Virus record (IMG/VR): IMGVR_UViG_3300042502_000300
Location: 171-64,170 of that record
Direction: 5' to 3' (one strand)
DNA length: 64,000 nucleotides
Origin: a virus
Lineage: Duplodnaviria; Caudoviricetes
A program made the position numbers and the translations under genes. Shown piece after piece: positions 48,643-59,296 of the stretch. How positions within the stretch are numbered: the first letter of the stretch is position 1; every line of letters begins with the position of its first letter. The notes beneath the pieces are model-generated. The model did no database searches and was not told the origin of the DNA. It was given only the letters and a program-made list of their open reading frames with translations.

Positions 48643-50079
48643 TTATTTGAAGATGAAGAAGTTGTTAGCTCCTAATGTACAAAGCGCACGCTCTGACAAG
48701 AAGTTAACCTCCATTGCATCTAGGTCACTTGTTTGTGCACCACCTGCTGATCCTGTCATCCATGTTTTGTAACGACGGTTTTCAGATTCAGAAGCACGGT
48801 AACGAACGTGTAAGAATGGACGTTTTGCATTTTTACCAAGAACTTGGTCATAAACGTTCATTGTTCCAGCAGGAACTAAGATACCGTTAATGTTTCCACC
48901 TACTAAACCACCACGAAGAGTCGCGTCGTTCAAGTATTTCCAGTCTGTTTTGTAGAAGTCATATCCACGACGGAAGCTAGTGAAACCTAAGTTCAATGCC
49001 ATTTGCTCATCGTTATCAAACAATCCGTAAGACGTACCACCTGCTCCGTAAGAGTTTTGTGCAGCCAACATATCGTCGATATCGAAAGAGAACTGACGGT
49101 TGATGAACAATGTGTTCTCAGCGATAGCTCCTTGTTTGTCTAAACGTTGTACGATTGTGTCGAAGTCAGACAATGCAGATGGAATACCACCAGACCAAAC
49201 GTTACCACGGTTCTCTACTTCGTAGAATAAACCTTTAGTACCAGCAGCAGTAGATGCAGGTCCTTGTCCAGCGAACGTTGTTGAACTTGCAGGAGATAAT
49301 TGAGCTAATGCAGCAGATGCTGCTTCAGCAGGAACACCTTCTACCATTGCCATCTCTAAGTAATCCTCATAACGTAAACGAGTCTCATGCTCAGACTTCA
49401 TATACCAAAGGTATCCTGTAGCTCCGTTCTCAGTTGTTATTTCAACCCATCCGATTTGCGCCATATCAGATCCTGATACTGCGTATTTATCTTTGATGAT
49501 GATTGGTTTAACGTCGAAGAATACATCTTGAGCCTCCAAAGAACCTTGCATTCCATTTGTTCCTTTTTGGAACTCAGATCCATAAACAAATGCAGTGAAT
49601 GTAGCACTTGTATCACCAGCAGCAATACCAGATGCATTGTACAAAGCAACTGTAAAACGAGTTGCATCACCACCAGCAGGAGATGCTGTAACAACACCTT
49701 TGTAAGATGTAGCACCACCGTTGTTAGATAAGAATACAGTTTGACCTAATCGGAATACACAAACAGCTGTACCGATATCAAATGTAACAGTACCATCACC
49801 ACCAGTAGCACTAACAGGAGTAACTGTAGTGTACTTTGTGTGTAAACGACCTTGTTCTGCCCATTTGATTAAGTCAGAGTTTGTAGGAAGCTCAGCACCA
49901 ACCATACGCAAGAAAGATGCGATAGAACGGTTACCGTAACGCTCGAATTCCTGCTCGTAAGTGTCAGGAAGAAATTGATTTAAGAAATTGAAATCGGTCA
50001 TGTAGTTATCAGCTACAGCGATTTTTTGTGCACTTGGAGTTAAACTTACCCCAGGAGTGCCTGCTAAAATACCAGCCAT
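48643..50079 (-). CDS. Major capsid protein
   Basis: E.ERYGNR, WAEQGRLH, GSDMAQIGWVE and FLHVRYR motifs; follows portal and scaffold. Confidence 0.9.
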   Translation of the reverse strand: MAGILAGTPGVSLTPSAQKIAVADNYMTDFNFLNQFLPDTYEQEFERYGNRSIASFLRMVGAELPTNSDLIKWAEQGRLHTKYTTVTPVSATGGDGTVTFDIGTAVCVFRLGQTVFLSNNGGATSYKGVVTASPAGGDATRFTVALYNASGIAAGDTSATFTAFVYGSEFQKGTNGMQGSLEAQDVFFDVKPIIIKDKYAVSGSDMAQIGWVEITTENGATGYLWYMKSEHETRLRYEDYLEMAMVEGVPAEAASAALAQLSPASSTTFAGQGPASTAAGTKGLFYEVENRGNVWSGGIPSALSDFDTIVQRLDKQGAIAENTLFINRQFSFDIDDMLAAQNSYGAGGTSYGLFDNDEQMALNLGFTSFRRGYDFYKTDWKYLNDATLRGGLVGGNINGILVPAGTMNVYDQVLGKNAKRPFLHVRYRASESENRRYKTWMTGSAGGAQTSDLDAMEVNFLSERALCTLGANNFFIFK

Positions 50080-50084
50080 TTTTT

Positions 50085-51200
50085 CTAGTTTTTATTTTTA
50101 CTTTTAATAACTAATCTATTACCAAAACCACTTGGTTCAGACGCTCTAACCTGCATACCCTCAGATTTGTTAGTTACTTGGGGTGCTTGTCGAACCATAT
50201 CAATATTTTTTGATTCTTTAGCAATCCCATCAACTGCCTCTGCTTTACCCTTCTCATAGAAGAACTTAGCAAATTTCTCAGGGTTTGAGGCTACAGCAAT
50301 CGCTCTATGGAATACTTCCGCATCTTTCAAGTAACCTTCTTCATTTAAGAACTTATTTACAAAGTTCGATAAGTTAGATTGTTCTTGAATCAAAGACTTG
50401 GCATCTGCTGGTGTGTAAACAACTTTCTTATTCTCATCAATGTTGAATCCGAAACCTTCGAATTTATCAGAGAATAACTCATTTGTTTTGTCAGCAAAAT
50501 ACTTCGACTTCTTTGCTTGGTCTTCCTGGGCTTCAGCTCCAGACTCTATTTGTTTCTTGTAAGCAGAGTATGCATCTCTTTCTTCTTGTGGAACAAAGGT
50601 CTCCCTTGACTCAAGCGGAACCTTGTACTGATCCTTCAGTTGATTAAAATACTCCTTAGCTTTAGCAAGCTCTTTTTTCTTTGCTACTTGTTTTTTCTTG
50701 ATTTCCTTTTCGTCATCAAAATCTTCATCGTAACCAAACCTAGTCTCTAACTCAAACTTTACATCATCTAAGTCTAATCCTTTGTTTTGTTCTCGATTAT
50801 ATTCAAGAAGCAAAGTATCCTGATCCATGGTGTTGTAGTCTCTATTCAAATTGATAAAGTCTTCAATACCACGTCCAGTTTCTTTCTTGTATTTAAGGAA
50901 TGCAGAAACATCCTCAGGTAGATCTTCATTAGCAGAACGTTGCTCAGCTAAATCATCTAAAGAGTTAATCTCTCTATTCCATCTCTTACCTAGGTAAGAT
51001 ACAACACTAGATTCGTCTAATTCAACCGGCTCGTTTGCCGGAGGTGTTTCTATAGGTGCATCTGTTGGTGTTTCAACATTTGAAAGATCAATTACTGGAG
51101 TTTCCTCCGATTGCTCTTCATGCGCCTTTAATAATTCTGTCTCTTTTTCTGCTAGCGACTTCTCTTCGTAGTCAACTGTTCTTACTGTAAATTCACTCAT
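50085..51200 (-). CDS. Capsid scaffolding protein
   Basis: Acidic coiled-coil between portal and MCP; FAKFFYEKGKAEA. Confidence 0.75.
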   Translation of the reverse strand: MSEFTVRTVDYEEKSLAEKETELLKAHEEQSEETPVIDLSNVETPTDAPIETPPANEPVELDESSVVSYLGKRWNREINSLDDLAEQRSANEDLPEDVSAFLKYKKETGRGIEDFINLNRDYNTMDQDTLLLEYNREQNKGLDLDDVKFELETRFGYDEDFDDEKEIKKKQVAKKKELAKAKEYFNQLKDQYKVPLESRETFVPQEERDAYSAYKKQIESGAEAQEDQAKKSKYFADKTNELFSDKFEGFGFNIDENKKVVYTPADAKSLIQEQSNLSNFVNKFLNEEGYLKDAEVFHRAIAVASNPEKFAKFFYEKGKAEAVDGIAKESKNIDMVRQAPQVTNKSEGMQVRASEPSGFGNRLVIKSKNKN

Positions 51201-51247
51201 TATAATTAGATTTAATTGTTACAAAGTTAAGTATTATTTACTTACGT

Positions 51248-53677
51248 CTATTTTGGTCCAAAAGACTCTAAGTCAAATCCATCAAGACTATCCTCAGTAC
51301 TCTCGAAATTCTTAGGAGGTAAATTGTTTTGTCTTTGATTAATTAACTCAGATTGGCGTGTAGCTTGCAAGTCAACTCGTTTGTCTTTTGCCTTCTCTTT
51401 ATCCATATCTCTTTCCTTGATAACCTGACCTTCCATGCCTTTTAATTGCATGTTGTATTGGAACTCTACATCCATTAATTGACGCTTAAGTTCAACCTCT
51501 GCCTGCATCTCTTGAATTCTATATTGAGCTTCAGCTTGTTTAAGTTGGATCTTGGATTGAGCTTCCAATTGGATAAGTTGTGCTTTCTGTTCAGACGCAG
51601 CCTGTTGAGATTGGATGTTCGATTGCATTTGCATTTGGAACTCCATCTCTTTTTGTTTCTGCTGTTGTTCCATTCGACGCTTACGTTTAACTTTAAGCAT
51701 CTCGTTGGCCAACTTGATATTATTGATCATTCTAATGTCAATAGCATCCTCTAGGTCAATCGTTTGTTGTTGAAGTGATATCTGAATATTTGCCTCAAGC
51801 TGAGCTCTCTGTTCCTCATCTGGAGCAAGGTCAATAAAGATACCAAAGTCATGAAGATATAAGTCTTTAATATCATCTAAGATAGCTACATTATACTTAC
51901 CAATCTGCATAGCAAATTCTTCTGCAAAGTCAGAGTATTCTAATACGTCAGCTATACGAACTGATAAACAATCAGCTAATCGTTTAGTAGTGTATAATCC
52001 TGACTCAAGGATATGTCTAGTCGCTGTGTTTGAATTTAATGCAGCCAATTTCTGAACACCTACCAATGCATCAGGATGAGGGGTAGATGCATCTCTAGCC
52101 TCATTGATACCTGTCACATCGCGGATCATATTTAAGTAGTGGTTGTAGTTACCAATCAATGCAGCCATCTTACCTTGACCTGAGTTAGTATTTAACTCTT
52201 GGATAGGAATACGCGCATTGTTAAACTCACCTTCTTGAGTATAACTACGTCCGATAACACTACCTGTTTGGAAGTATAGCTTCAATGCATCCTCCGGGTT
52301 GTATGCTGCACCTGTACCTAAGTCAACCTCATTAATACCATCGGCATCGATAAATACACCATCAGGAACAACTCGTGCCATGACTTGTTGCAACTTAAGG
52401 TGTGTTAATTGGATCTGATCAGCAAATGGAATCATACGTCTAACCAAAGACTCGATGTTTCCTTTATACATTCTTGGAGCATGTACCACATAGTTAGGAA
52501 GCGCTTTTTGAGTAGCTGACTTAGGTCTAACCATGTTTTTCATCATCTCCCACTTGACAAGGATATTTGAACCTCCAACAAGAATACCATCATACCAAAC
52601 ATCACGAACTGCCTCTACTCTTTCGTATAGCATTCCATCTTCTATGATTGGGTTAAATGACTCATCCTTACGAATAACTCTTTCTCCTCCGTTCTCAAGT
52701 AATTTCTTTTTCCATACAAAACGTTTGTCAGTTTTGTAGTTGAAGTATAATAATGTAACGACCTCATTTAAGAATGAGTCGTCTTGGTAATTTCTTACAA
52801 TAGGGAAGTAATCATACCATGCAGAACTAGCGTTTCTAATTTCTTGAAGTTGCTCGTCTGTAAGTGTAGGATCAATTTTAAGTAGCTCAGTATAGTGAAC
52901 CATCTTAACCTCACCAAAATAATAACAGTCAGAGAAATCGTTCTTCTCAGTATAACTGTAGATCATGTTAGCCGGGTCAACATAGTCAACCTTAACACCA
53001 TCGTTTACTAAGAATGTGTGTCTCACAGCTCCAATACCGATAGTGGTAACGTCATAGTCATATAACTTCTTGATATGCTCATAGTCGTTCATCTTGAGCA
53101 ATGTATCAATAGCTACCTCTTCTGCGATCTCAATACTTGGTTTGTATTTTAACTGCATGTATAAAGACAACTCTTCGTCGTTCTCAGGAAGTTCGTTTGG
53201 ATCAACATTAAATGCATCAACACCAAACTCATCTTTAGTTAACTGAAGGAAGTCTTTTGCCACCATATCAGCCTCGATCATATCCTGGAAGATATTCTTT
53301 TTCTCAGCCGACATAACGTCTTGTGCCTCTGCCTTGATAGCATAAGGACGCTCAGACATACCGTTTACAACAAGGTCTACGAACTTGGGAATAATGGAAA
53401 TAGGAGACCAGTCTAAGTTTAACATAGACATATCTCCGTTAATAGACAATTCATCTTTGTATTTCTGAATTGGCTGCTCTCCTCTTGCGTATAGCCTCAA
53501 TCGGTGGAATTCCCCCCACTGATGATAGAACCTACACGAATTTGCTTTTCTTTTGAACCACTCACCCTCAATAGACTTTGCTACCTTAAGACCGTACTCG
53601 AAAGTAGCTTTCTCTTCGTCGGTAGCCATCTGATTCGGGAACGGCCTTTGGGAAATTAAAACTTGTGGTTTCTCCAT
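51248..53677 (-). CDS. Portal protein
   Basis: RLYARGEQ, LNLDW.P..IIPKFVD.VVNG and IRDVTGINEARD motifs plus a Gln-rich C-terminal coil. Confidence 0.9.
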   Translation of the reverse strand: MEKPQVLISQRPFPNQMATDEEKATFEYGLKVAKSIEGEWFKRKANSCRFYHQWGEFHRLRLYARGEQPIQKYKDELSINGDMSMLNLDWSPISIIPKFVDLVVNGMSERPYAIKAEAQDVMSAEKKNIFQDMIEADMVAKDFLQLTKDEFGVDAFNVDPNELPENDEELSLYMQLKYKPSIEIAEEVAIDTLLKMNDYEHIKKLYDYDVTTIGIGAVRHTFLVNDGVKVDYVDPANMIYSYTEKNDFSDCYYFGEVKMVHYTELLKIDPTLTDEQLQEIRNASSAWYDYFPIVRNYQDDSFLNEVVTLLYFNYKTDKRFVWKKKLLENGGERVIRKDESFNPIIEDGMLYERVEAVRDVWYDGILVGGSNILVKWEMMKNMVRPKSATQKALPNYVVHAPRMYKGNIESLVRRMIPFADQIQLTHLKLQQVMARVVPDGVFIDADGINEVDLGTGAAYNPEDALKLYFQTGSVIGRSYTQEGEFNNARIPIQELNTNSGQGKMAALIGNYNHYLNMIRDVTGINEARDASTPHPDALVGVQKLAALNSNTATRHILESGLYTTKRLADCLSVRIADVLEYSDFAEEFAMQIGKYNVAILDDIKDLYLHDFGIFIDLAPDEEQRAQLEANIQISLQQQTIDLEDAIDIRMINNIKLANEMLKVKRKRRMEQQQKQKEMEFQMQMQSNIQSQQAASEQKAQLIQLEAQSKIQLKQAEAQYRIQEMQAEVELKRQLMDVEFQYNMQLKGMEGQVIKERDMDKEKAKDKRVDLQATRQSELINQRQNNLPPKNFESTEDSLDGFDLESFGPK

Positions 53678-55896
53678 TATTTTATTATTTCGCTTCTGTT
53701 TCCACGATTATCGTATTTTACAAATTTAATACTTATTTTTGATTCCTTCTTCTCAGGTGTAAACATATACTTGCGTGTAGCCATAATAGCTAAACCTGAA
53801 CTGATGGAGGCATCGTGTTTTGTTCTATTATTAATATCAAATCGAGCCCAATCTTCTAATGTCCTAGTAAAGTACATAGAACCCATCGAATCAGAATCTC
53901 TATAAGTTCCTTCGCTATCTAAACCAACATACTCCTCAATATAAGACTCAATAGCTGCCGCGTGAGCCTGCTTAACATCCTCAGATGAGTTAGGTATTCC
54001 ACCAAGCTCTAATTCGGTCTTAGATAGCTTATGTGTCTGCTTGTCAGGTCTGTTCATTACATAACCCCTATACCCTCTATTCTTAAAGTGATATAACAGT
54101 CGGGCCTTATTGTTCTCAGGGAGTATTGGCATACCATAGAATACACATGCCATTAATACATCCTCAAAGAATATCTCAGCAGTTTGTGGTCTAGCTACAT
54201 ATTCTAAAAAGAACTCATTTGTAGGAGCCTTTTCCATATGAAACTTAGTTAACCCATGTAGTGCACCATTAGATCCACCACCACCTACTACTCCAGAGAT
54301 ATCATAGGGGTCACATCCAAACGCTCCTATATGCTCATTTGCTGGGAACCTTCTTCCGTTTTTATAAACAATACGATTCCTTAGTCCCTGCTCAGGAATC
54401 CATGACACATAGAACCTACCCTTAGGGTCAGGCGTCCAAATAACCTCGCTATCTTTTACTCCACCTTTCCAATGGAAGTAACCTCTAGTAATGACGCGGT
54501 CCTTTATCATAGAGTCGTTGTAGTCAATCTGTTGGTATATCTTTGTCAAGTTAAATAACGATTGCTTTGACTCATCTCTAAACGCGTGAGACTCTGTGCG
54601 AGGGAACTGACGATAGAACTCATTGAGTGCATCAGAATCAGACTTTAACGCTGCTACCTCATTGTTCCAATAGGTAATTACACCGTTATAAATCATCTCA
54701 CCATCAACTCCTTTTACCGGCTTCTTTGGGTCCTCAAATACAGGCCAACCATACTCATCGATATAACCCTCGTAGTTCCACTCCATAGGAATGAATAAGG
54801 CATATAGTCCCGACTTAGTCTGACCATTGGCAGATCGTTGTCTAGGGTCGCTATCGTTAAATAGTTTCTTGAAGTTCTCACCACCTTTTGATAGTGCATT
54901 TGATGTTGATCCCATCATACACTTACCGATGATCTTAGATCCCAATCGAAGACAGGTCTTTGTTACTCGCCAGTTGTTTAGAATGTTCTCAGGCTTCTCC
55001 CATTTACCACTCTCGTCATGTACAAGTAACAATAACTTCTCACCATCATAACTGTTGTCAGCTGTGTTCTTCCAGTCGATGGTAGTATCCAACCCTTCTA
55101 TGTCATCCTCGCGCTCCTCATCCATGTTCTTACGAGTAATCTTACTCGCAGGAACGCGGAAGGCTAACTCCGTCTTCGGGTTATCCATACCGTCCTGGAT
55201 CGGCTTGAAAAAGAAGGGGTAATTTCTTACAATAGGTACAACCTTGTCGGTAAACATCTTCTTAGCATCCGATCCTGTTTTAGATAGGATTCCAAGACGA
55301 GAGTCACGGACAATTGTACCTTGGTTTGATGTCTCAGATGATGACATGAAAGAGAAACCTGAACGACGGTTCTTTAGGTAACACATACCAAACGATCTGT
55401 TGTCAGCCTTACATGCCTCCCAATATATATAGAATATCCGGTTTGATTCACGGAAGTCAGGTAGACCGACGTCAATCTTGGTCCACTGTAAATACATATA
55501 GTGCGTTCCGGTAAGATAGGTAGGTTGACCGTTGTTCATAAACCAATGCCCATGCTCACGTCTGTCAAACTCACTCTCAATACTATCTACATACTTAGAT
55601 TTGAACGCATTGTCTTTCCTATTCCAATCAAATATTGACTTGATCTTCTGTAGTTCAGCAGGATACTCTTGTGCCTTCCATCTGTTATTTGTATTCTCTA
55701 TTTCTTTTGGTATAGAAGGTAGAGCTATCTTTAGCCCATTGATCTCGTATATTGGACCAATTGTTCCATCTTTTGATATGACTATAAGGTCGTACTCAGG
55801 GTGATAACCATAATTCCAAGACTTATGTTTGTTCTTAGTAGATACAACTTGACGTTGTAGGTAGTTATCTAATATGGAGTATAACTTATTTTCCAT
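53677..55896 (-). CDS. terL: Terminase large subunit
   Basis: KNRRSGFS Walker A-like, LLVHDE Walker B, GSTSN, GCDPYD nuclease and HDASISSG motifs. Confidence 0.93.
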   Translation of the reverse strand: MENKLYSILDNYLQRQVVSTKNKHKSWNYGYHPEYDLIVISKDGTIGPIYEINGLKIALPSIPKEIENTNNRWKAQEYPAELQKIKSIFDWNRKDNAFKSKYVDSIESEFDRREHGHWFMNNGQPTYLTGTHYMYLQWTKIDVGLPDFRESNRIFYIYWEACKADNRSFGMCYLKNRRSGFSFMSSSETSNQGTIVRDSRLGILSKTGSDAKKMFTDKVVPIVRNYPFFFKPIQDGMDNPKTELAFRVPASKITRKNMDEEREDDIEGLDTTIDWKNTADNSYDGEKLLLLVHDESGKWEKPENILNNWRVTKTCLRLGSKIIGKCMMGSTSNALSKGGENFKKLFNDSDPRQRSANGQTKSGLYALFIPMEWNYEGYIDEYGWPVFEDPKKPVKGVDGEMIYNGVITYWNNEVAALKSDSDALNEFYRQFPRTESHAFRDESKQSLFNLTKIYQQIDYNDSMIKDRVITRGYFHWKGGVKDSEVIWTPDPKGRFYVSWIPEQGLRNRIVYKNGRRFPANEHIGAFGCDPYDISGVVGGGGSNGALHGLTKFHMEKAPTNEFFLEYVARPQTAEIFFEDVLMACVFYGMPILPENNKARLLYHFKNRGYRGYVMNRPDKQTHKLSKTELELGGIPNSSEDVKQAHAAAIESYIEEYVGLDSEGTYRDSDSMGSMYFTRTLEDWARFDINNRTKHDASISSGLAIMATRKYMFTPEKKESKISIKFVKYDNRGNRSEIIK

Positions 55897-56161
55897 TCCT
55901 TGTCTTAGCCCTTCCTTCAGCCCAACCACCTTTACCGGCAGTTACCTCAGCTGGTTGAGCCTCTCTGCTTTCTTCCTCCTCAATCTTTGTAAGCATATAC
56001 ATAGCATCCTCAAATGCTAGACGTTTAGCTGACGCAGCGTTCTTCATCTTATCTGCCGATATATCATCCTCAGCATGAGTAATAATAGGCGACTTAAGTA
56101 CCTTGATAAGCTCATCAATTGCTTGCTTAGCTGCTTCTACAATCTCTATTTTTTTAGACAT
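55886..56161 (-). CDS. Probable terminase small subunit
   Basis: Helical 91-aa ORF overlapping the terL start. Confidence 0.5.
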   Translation of the reverse strand: MSKKIEIVEAAKQAIDELIKVLKSPIITHAEDDISADKMKNAASAKRLAFEDAMYMLTKIEEEESREAQPAEVTAGKGGWAEGRAKTRNGK

Positions 56162-56703
56162 ATATTCCGGTTATACATTCGGTAAAGAATCTCATCGTCA
56201 ATCTTAAACTCATACTCGCAGTCAGGTGTATAGGAAACAATGTCTCCTTGCTCAACCTCGTCCATCTTATCGTTCTTATATACCAACTCCCCCCACATCT
56301 GCTCTAGGCCGCCTGTTTGATTGAACATTCGGTCCTCTGATTCAATTGGTCTAACAAAAACAAATGGATCTGGAGCCTGCCATTCTTCACCTCTTTTAAA
56401 TAGATAAATCTGATCAGGTTCAGCAATAAATAGGTCATCAATTAAGTGATGCCAACTACTACGTTGCCTACCCTTCATGTCGTAGTAGTACTTAAAAACA
56501 TTGTGGTGTACACATACAGTATCGCCCGGTTGGATTGGACCATCGTAATATATAGGAACGGAGACAACCTCTGCGAATCTATTAGATACGCGGTGATCTT
56601 CCTGAGAGGTACTAATAATAAACTCGGAATCTCCGAATTTTCTTATGTTATCGTACCGCCTCAAGCCAACCGGCTTTATGATGAAGCAGTAGGGAGCTTT
56701 CAT
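56146..56703 (-). CDS. GroES-like (tandem-domain) protein
   Basis: FIIKP...AEVVSVP....IQPGDTV.VHHNVF, and a second FVFVRP...GEL...QGDIV repeat. Confidence 0.7.
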   Translation of the reverse strand: MKAPYCFIIKPVGLRRYDNIRKFGDSEFIISTSQEDHRVSNRFAEVVSVPIYYDGPIQPGDTVCVHHNVFKYYYDMKGRQRSSWHHLIDDLFIAEPDQIYLFKRGEEWQAPDPFVFVRPIESEDRMFNQTGGLEQMWGELVYKNDKMDEVEQGDIVSYTPDCEYEFKIDDEILYRMYNRNICLKK

Positions 56704-56924
56704 TAGAAATCTATTTTGTACTCTATTGAGATTGGCATATTCGCCGAAAAGTTTTTCCAGCAAACAATAGCGCCATCCTGTATGATCCAAATAGAAATAG
56801 AACCATCATCATTCTTAATGATGGATTCGATTTGATATTCATCACGGAGAACGCTTTGACCTACAACGTAGTGCATGCACTTCATGTAGTCAGGACCAAC
56901 CGATATTTTTCTAATTAAATTCAC
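56703..56924 (-). CDS. Conserved hypothetical protein
   Basis: IRKISVGPDY...MHYVVGQ...WKNF..NMPISIEY. Confidence 0.8.
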   Translation of the reverse strand: MNLIRKISVGPDYMKCMHYVVGQSVLRDEYQIESIIKNDDGSISIWIIQDGAIVCWKNFSANMPISIEYKIDF

Positions 56925-57153
56925 CTGTTTGAAGGTTTACTTTTACATCGCCATACTCGTTGTAAATCTCTTCTTGAACAGAAGCCAAGTCATGAGCAGC
57001 GATTTCCATGTTTGCCATTATTTGGTTCTTCTGAACTTTAAGACGCTCGAAATTGATCTCGATATCTGCGATGTTAAACTTAAGGTCTCTGAATTTTCTG
57101 TTAGACTCGATCAATCGATCAAGCTGCTCTTGTTTGATTTTCTTTGTTTTCAT
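56911..57153 (-). CDS. Coiled-coil hypothetical protein
   Basis: EYGDVKVNLQTGE C-terminus. Confidence 0.8.
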   Translation of the reverse strand: MKTKKIKQEQLDRLIESNRKFRDLKFNIADIEINFERLKVQKNQIMANMEIAAHDLASVQEEIYNEYGDVKVNLQTGEFN

Positions 57154-57182
57154 TTTATTAGATTTGATGTAAAGGTACTAAA

Positions 57183-57584
57183 TTATGCTGATATGTACCA
57201 AGTTGCATTAGAATGATTATACTGTAAACATACTGGAGTGTTTGCTGTTAATGCTCCTGGGGCGCCAACAATTGACGCACCTGCTGATGCCCATTGCGTA
57301 GTAGAACGAGTAACTGTTGACATTACGACATACTTAGCACCATTTAAGTTTGAGTTAGATTCAGGAAGAATAATCGCAAATGACGCACCTGCTGTTCCTG
57401 TAAAGTATGTATTGGTCTTAGTAATCGTATGAGACGTTAATAAGTTTGTAGTAACAATCTCAGGCGTAGCATTCAATGCCAATAAAGCTTGTACGTTAAA
57501 ATTCTTTTGAGAACCATTTTCATCTGTACCGAATACGGTACAATTAACATTTGGTGCTACTACGTTATAATTATTTACTTTCAT
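57183..57584 (-). CDS. Small virion fibre-like protein
   Basis: Beta-rich 133-aa ORF. Confidence 0.65.
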   Translation of the reverse strand: MKVNNYNVVAPNVNCTVFGTDENGSQKNFNVQALLALNATPEIVTTNLLTSHTITKTNTYFTGTAGASFAIILPESNSNLNGAKYVVMSTVTRSTTQWASAGASIVGAPGALTANTPVCLQYNHSNATWYISA

Positions 57585-57715
57585 CTTCCTTGTCCTCGGT
57601 TAAGTTTCTTATAGTTCTTTGAAGACTTCAATTTAGATGTCTTGCATTTTGAATGAATTCCAGGGCGACTTACCTTCACCTTGATCAATGACGTAGATTC
57701 TCCCTTCTTTTTCAT
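57581..57715 (-). CDS. Small basic protein (44 aa)
   Basis: MKKKGEST...RPGIHSK.KTSKLKSSKNYKK..RGQGR*. Confidence 0.75.
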   Translation of the reverse strand: MKKKGESTSLIKVKVSRPGIHSKCKTSKLKSSKNYKKLNRGQGR

Positions 57716-57736
57716 ATCACAAATTTAATAAAAAAA

Positions 57737-58411
57737 TTAGAGACTCTTTAACATAGCAATCATTCGAGGGCAAGGATAGATATCAGACTTGTCTTTTCTA
57801 AATGAGTTGTGGCTATATACACCATTCTCTCCTTTTAATCCTCTAACTGAAATGTCCCACATGTCTTCATCACGATACGTCAAATCAATCTTATATAGTT
57901 CACCCCAATACAACATCAATTGACGTAGAGATTCAATCTGTGCGTCTGTGTATGCATGGTAATACTTACGGCCTTTGTATGGCTTATCTAGCTCACATAT
58001 CTGATCGATAGGAACCTCCCTACTCACATAGTTATAGAACTTATCACCCTTCTTAGTTAATGGACCCCAATTGCATATCTCAACAGCTACACACATTGGA
58101 TCGATTGACTTATAAGGAACACCTTTAGCTCTGAATATATCTTGCTTAAGGCCTAGGTGGTATCCCCAATACTTTGAACTAAACGCCTGACAGATCTCTC
58201 CGTCGTATGTATCTTTTGATTGTCCCTTTCCTGAGATAACTACACATGTTGCAATACGACCTCTGTCGTCATTGTCCCACATCTTAATTGTACCTACACC
58301 TGAGCTGTTTCCTGCTGTGTGGTGTAATACGATCATACTCTTCTTTGTCTCAGTCTTAATGTACTGAGATTCCTTCATAGGAACCTGCTTGATATTAGAT
58401 GGTAGCTTCAT
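57737..58411 (-). CDS. Endolysin, N-acetylmuramoyl-L-alanine amidase (Amidase_2)
   Basis: IVLHHTAG, YHLG, VEICNWG, YTDAQIESL and SH...KSD..P motifs. Confidence 0.9.
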   Translation of the reverse strand: MKLPSNIKQVPMKESQYIKTETKKSMIVLHHTAGNSSGVGTIKMWDNDDRGRIATCVVISGKGQSKDTYDGEICQAFSSKYWGYHLGLKQDIFRAKGVPYKSIDPMCVAVEICNWGPLTKKGDKFYNYVSREVPIDQICELDKPYKGRKYYHAYTDAQIESLRQLMLYWGELYKIDLTYRDEDMWDISVRGLKGENGVYSHNSFRKDKSDIYPCPRMIAMLKSL

Positions 58412-58412
58412 A

Positions 58413-58862
58413 TTATCTCCATTTATCGCTTTCGCTTTTAAGACCTGTGATAAAGTCTCTAAACGATTTTAAAATATCTTTCCCGGTAACATCTTTATAA
58501 CTCTCGTTCATGCTCTTAACTTCGATGAAAACAAAGAACAATGCAACAGCTTTAGTTAACAACAACTCGATTGATATGAAGTGAGATATGATGTCACCTG
58601 CGATATACTTCTCAACCAAGTAAAAGAAAAATATTGCGGCTGCATAGATAAGGCATTTGATACCCGTTGCCAACATCTTTTGACTAGTAATTATATCTCC
58701 AATCTTAGCAGTTGATCCAGCCTTACGTCTGCTTTTAATAGATCTCCAGATTCCAAAACCTAGATCAAAACCGATAGAAATTAATGCAACTGTGACTAAT
58801 GGTCCGATTGGCGCAAATAGCGTAATAAAGCTTGACAAAATGATAATAGTGTTTGTTTTCAT
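58413..58862 (-). CDS. Holin
   Basis: Multiple TM segments, IEVKSMNES; adjacent to the endolysin. Confidence 0.8.
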   Translation of the reverse strand: MKTNTIIILSSFITLFAPIGPLVTVALISIGFDLGFGIWRSIKSRRKAGSTAKIGDIITSQKMLATGIKCLIYAAAIFFFYLVEKYIAGDIISHFISIELLLTKAVALFFVFIEVKSMNESYKDVTGKDILKSFRDFITGLKSESDKWR

Positions 58863-59287
58863 CTAAAAAATTTATATGCCCGATATAAGATATAAAGTAC
58901 TACAAATATAATCAAAAAAGCCAACAGGTTGTTTAACAGCTTCTTCCAAAATGGGTACTTCTCATAATACTTAACAGGGATCTTTCTCTCCACTATTTTA
59001 GTGATGTAAACAGGGTCACATTTGCCTTGGATATATACCTTCTTTTCTTTTGGTACATACCACGTTTTAACAGTAACTCTGTCTTTAGTTAGAGTTATTG
59101 TATCAACAAGCTCTCTCAATGTTACCACAGTGTCTGTATGTACCTCAGGGATGTATAGGTTGATAGTATCATGGATAATCAATGTATCCTGAGTTAACAA
59201 ATAAGGATACTTCTCAACTAGACGAGTAAAACGTTTTGTTGGGCTACACGATGCCAATAAAATTAATAATGGTAGTATATATTTCAT
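58859..59287 (-). CDS. Probable unimolecular spanin
   Basis: N-terminal lipobox LLASC, beta-rich core and C-terminal TM helix, inside the lysis cassette. Confidence 0.65.
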   Translation of the reverse strand: MKYILPLLILLASCSPTKRFTRLVEKYPYLLTQDTLIIHDTINLYIPEVHTDTVVTLRELVDTITLTKDRVTVKTWYVPKEKKVYIQGKCDPVYITKIVERKIPVKYYEKYPFWKKLLNNLLAFLIIFVVLYILYRAYKFFR

Positions 59288-59296
59288 AATGCTAAA

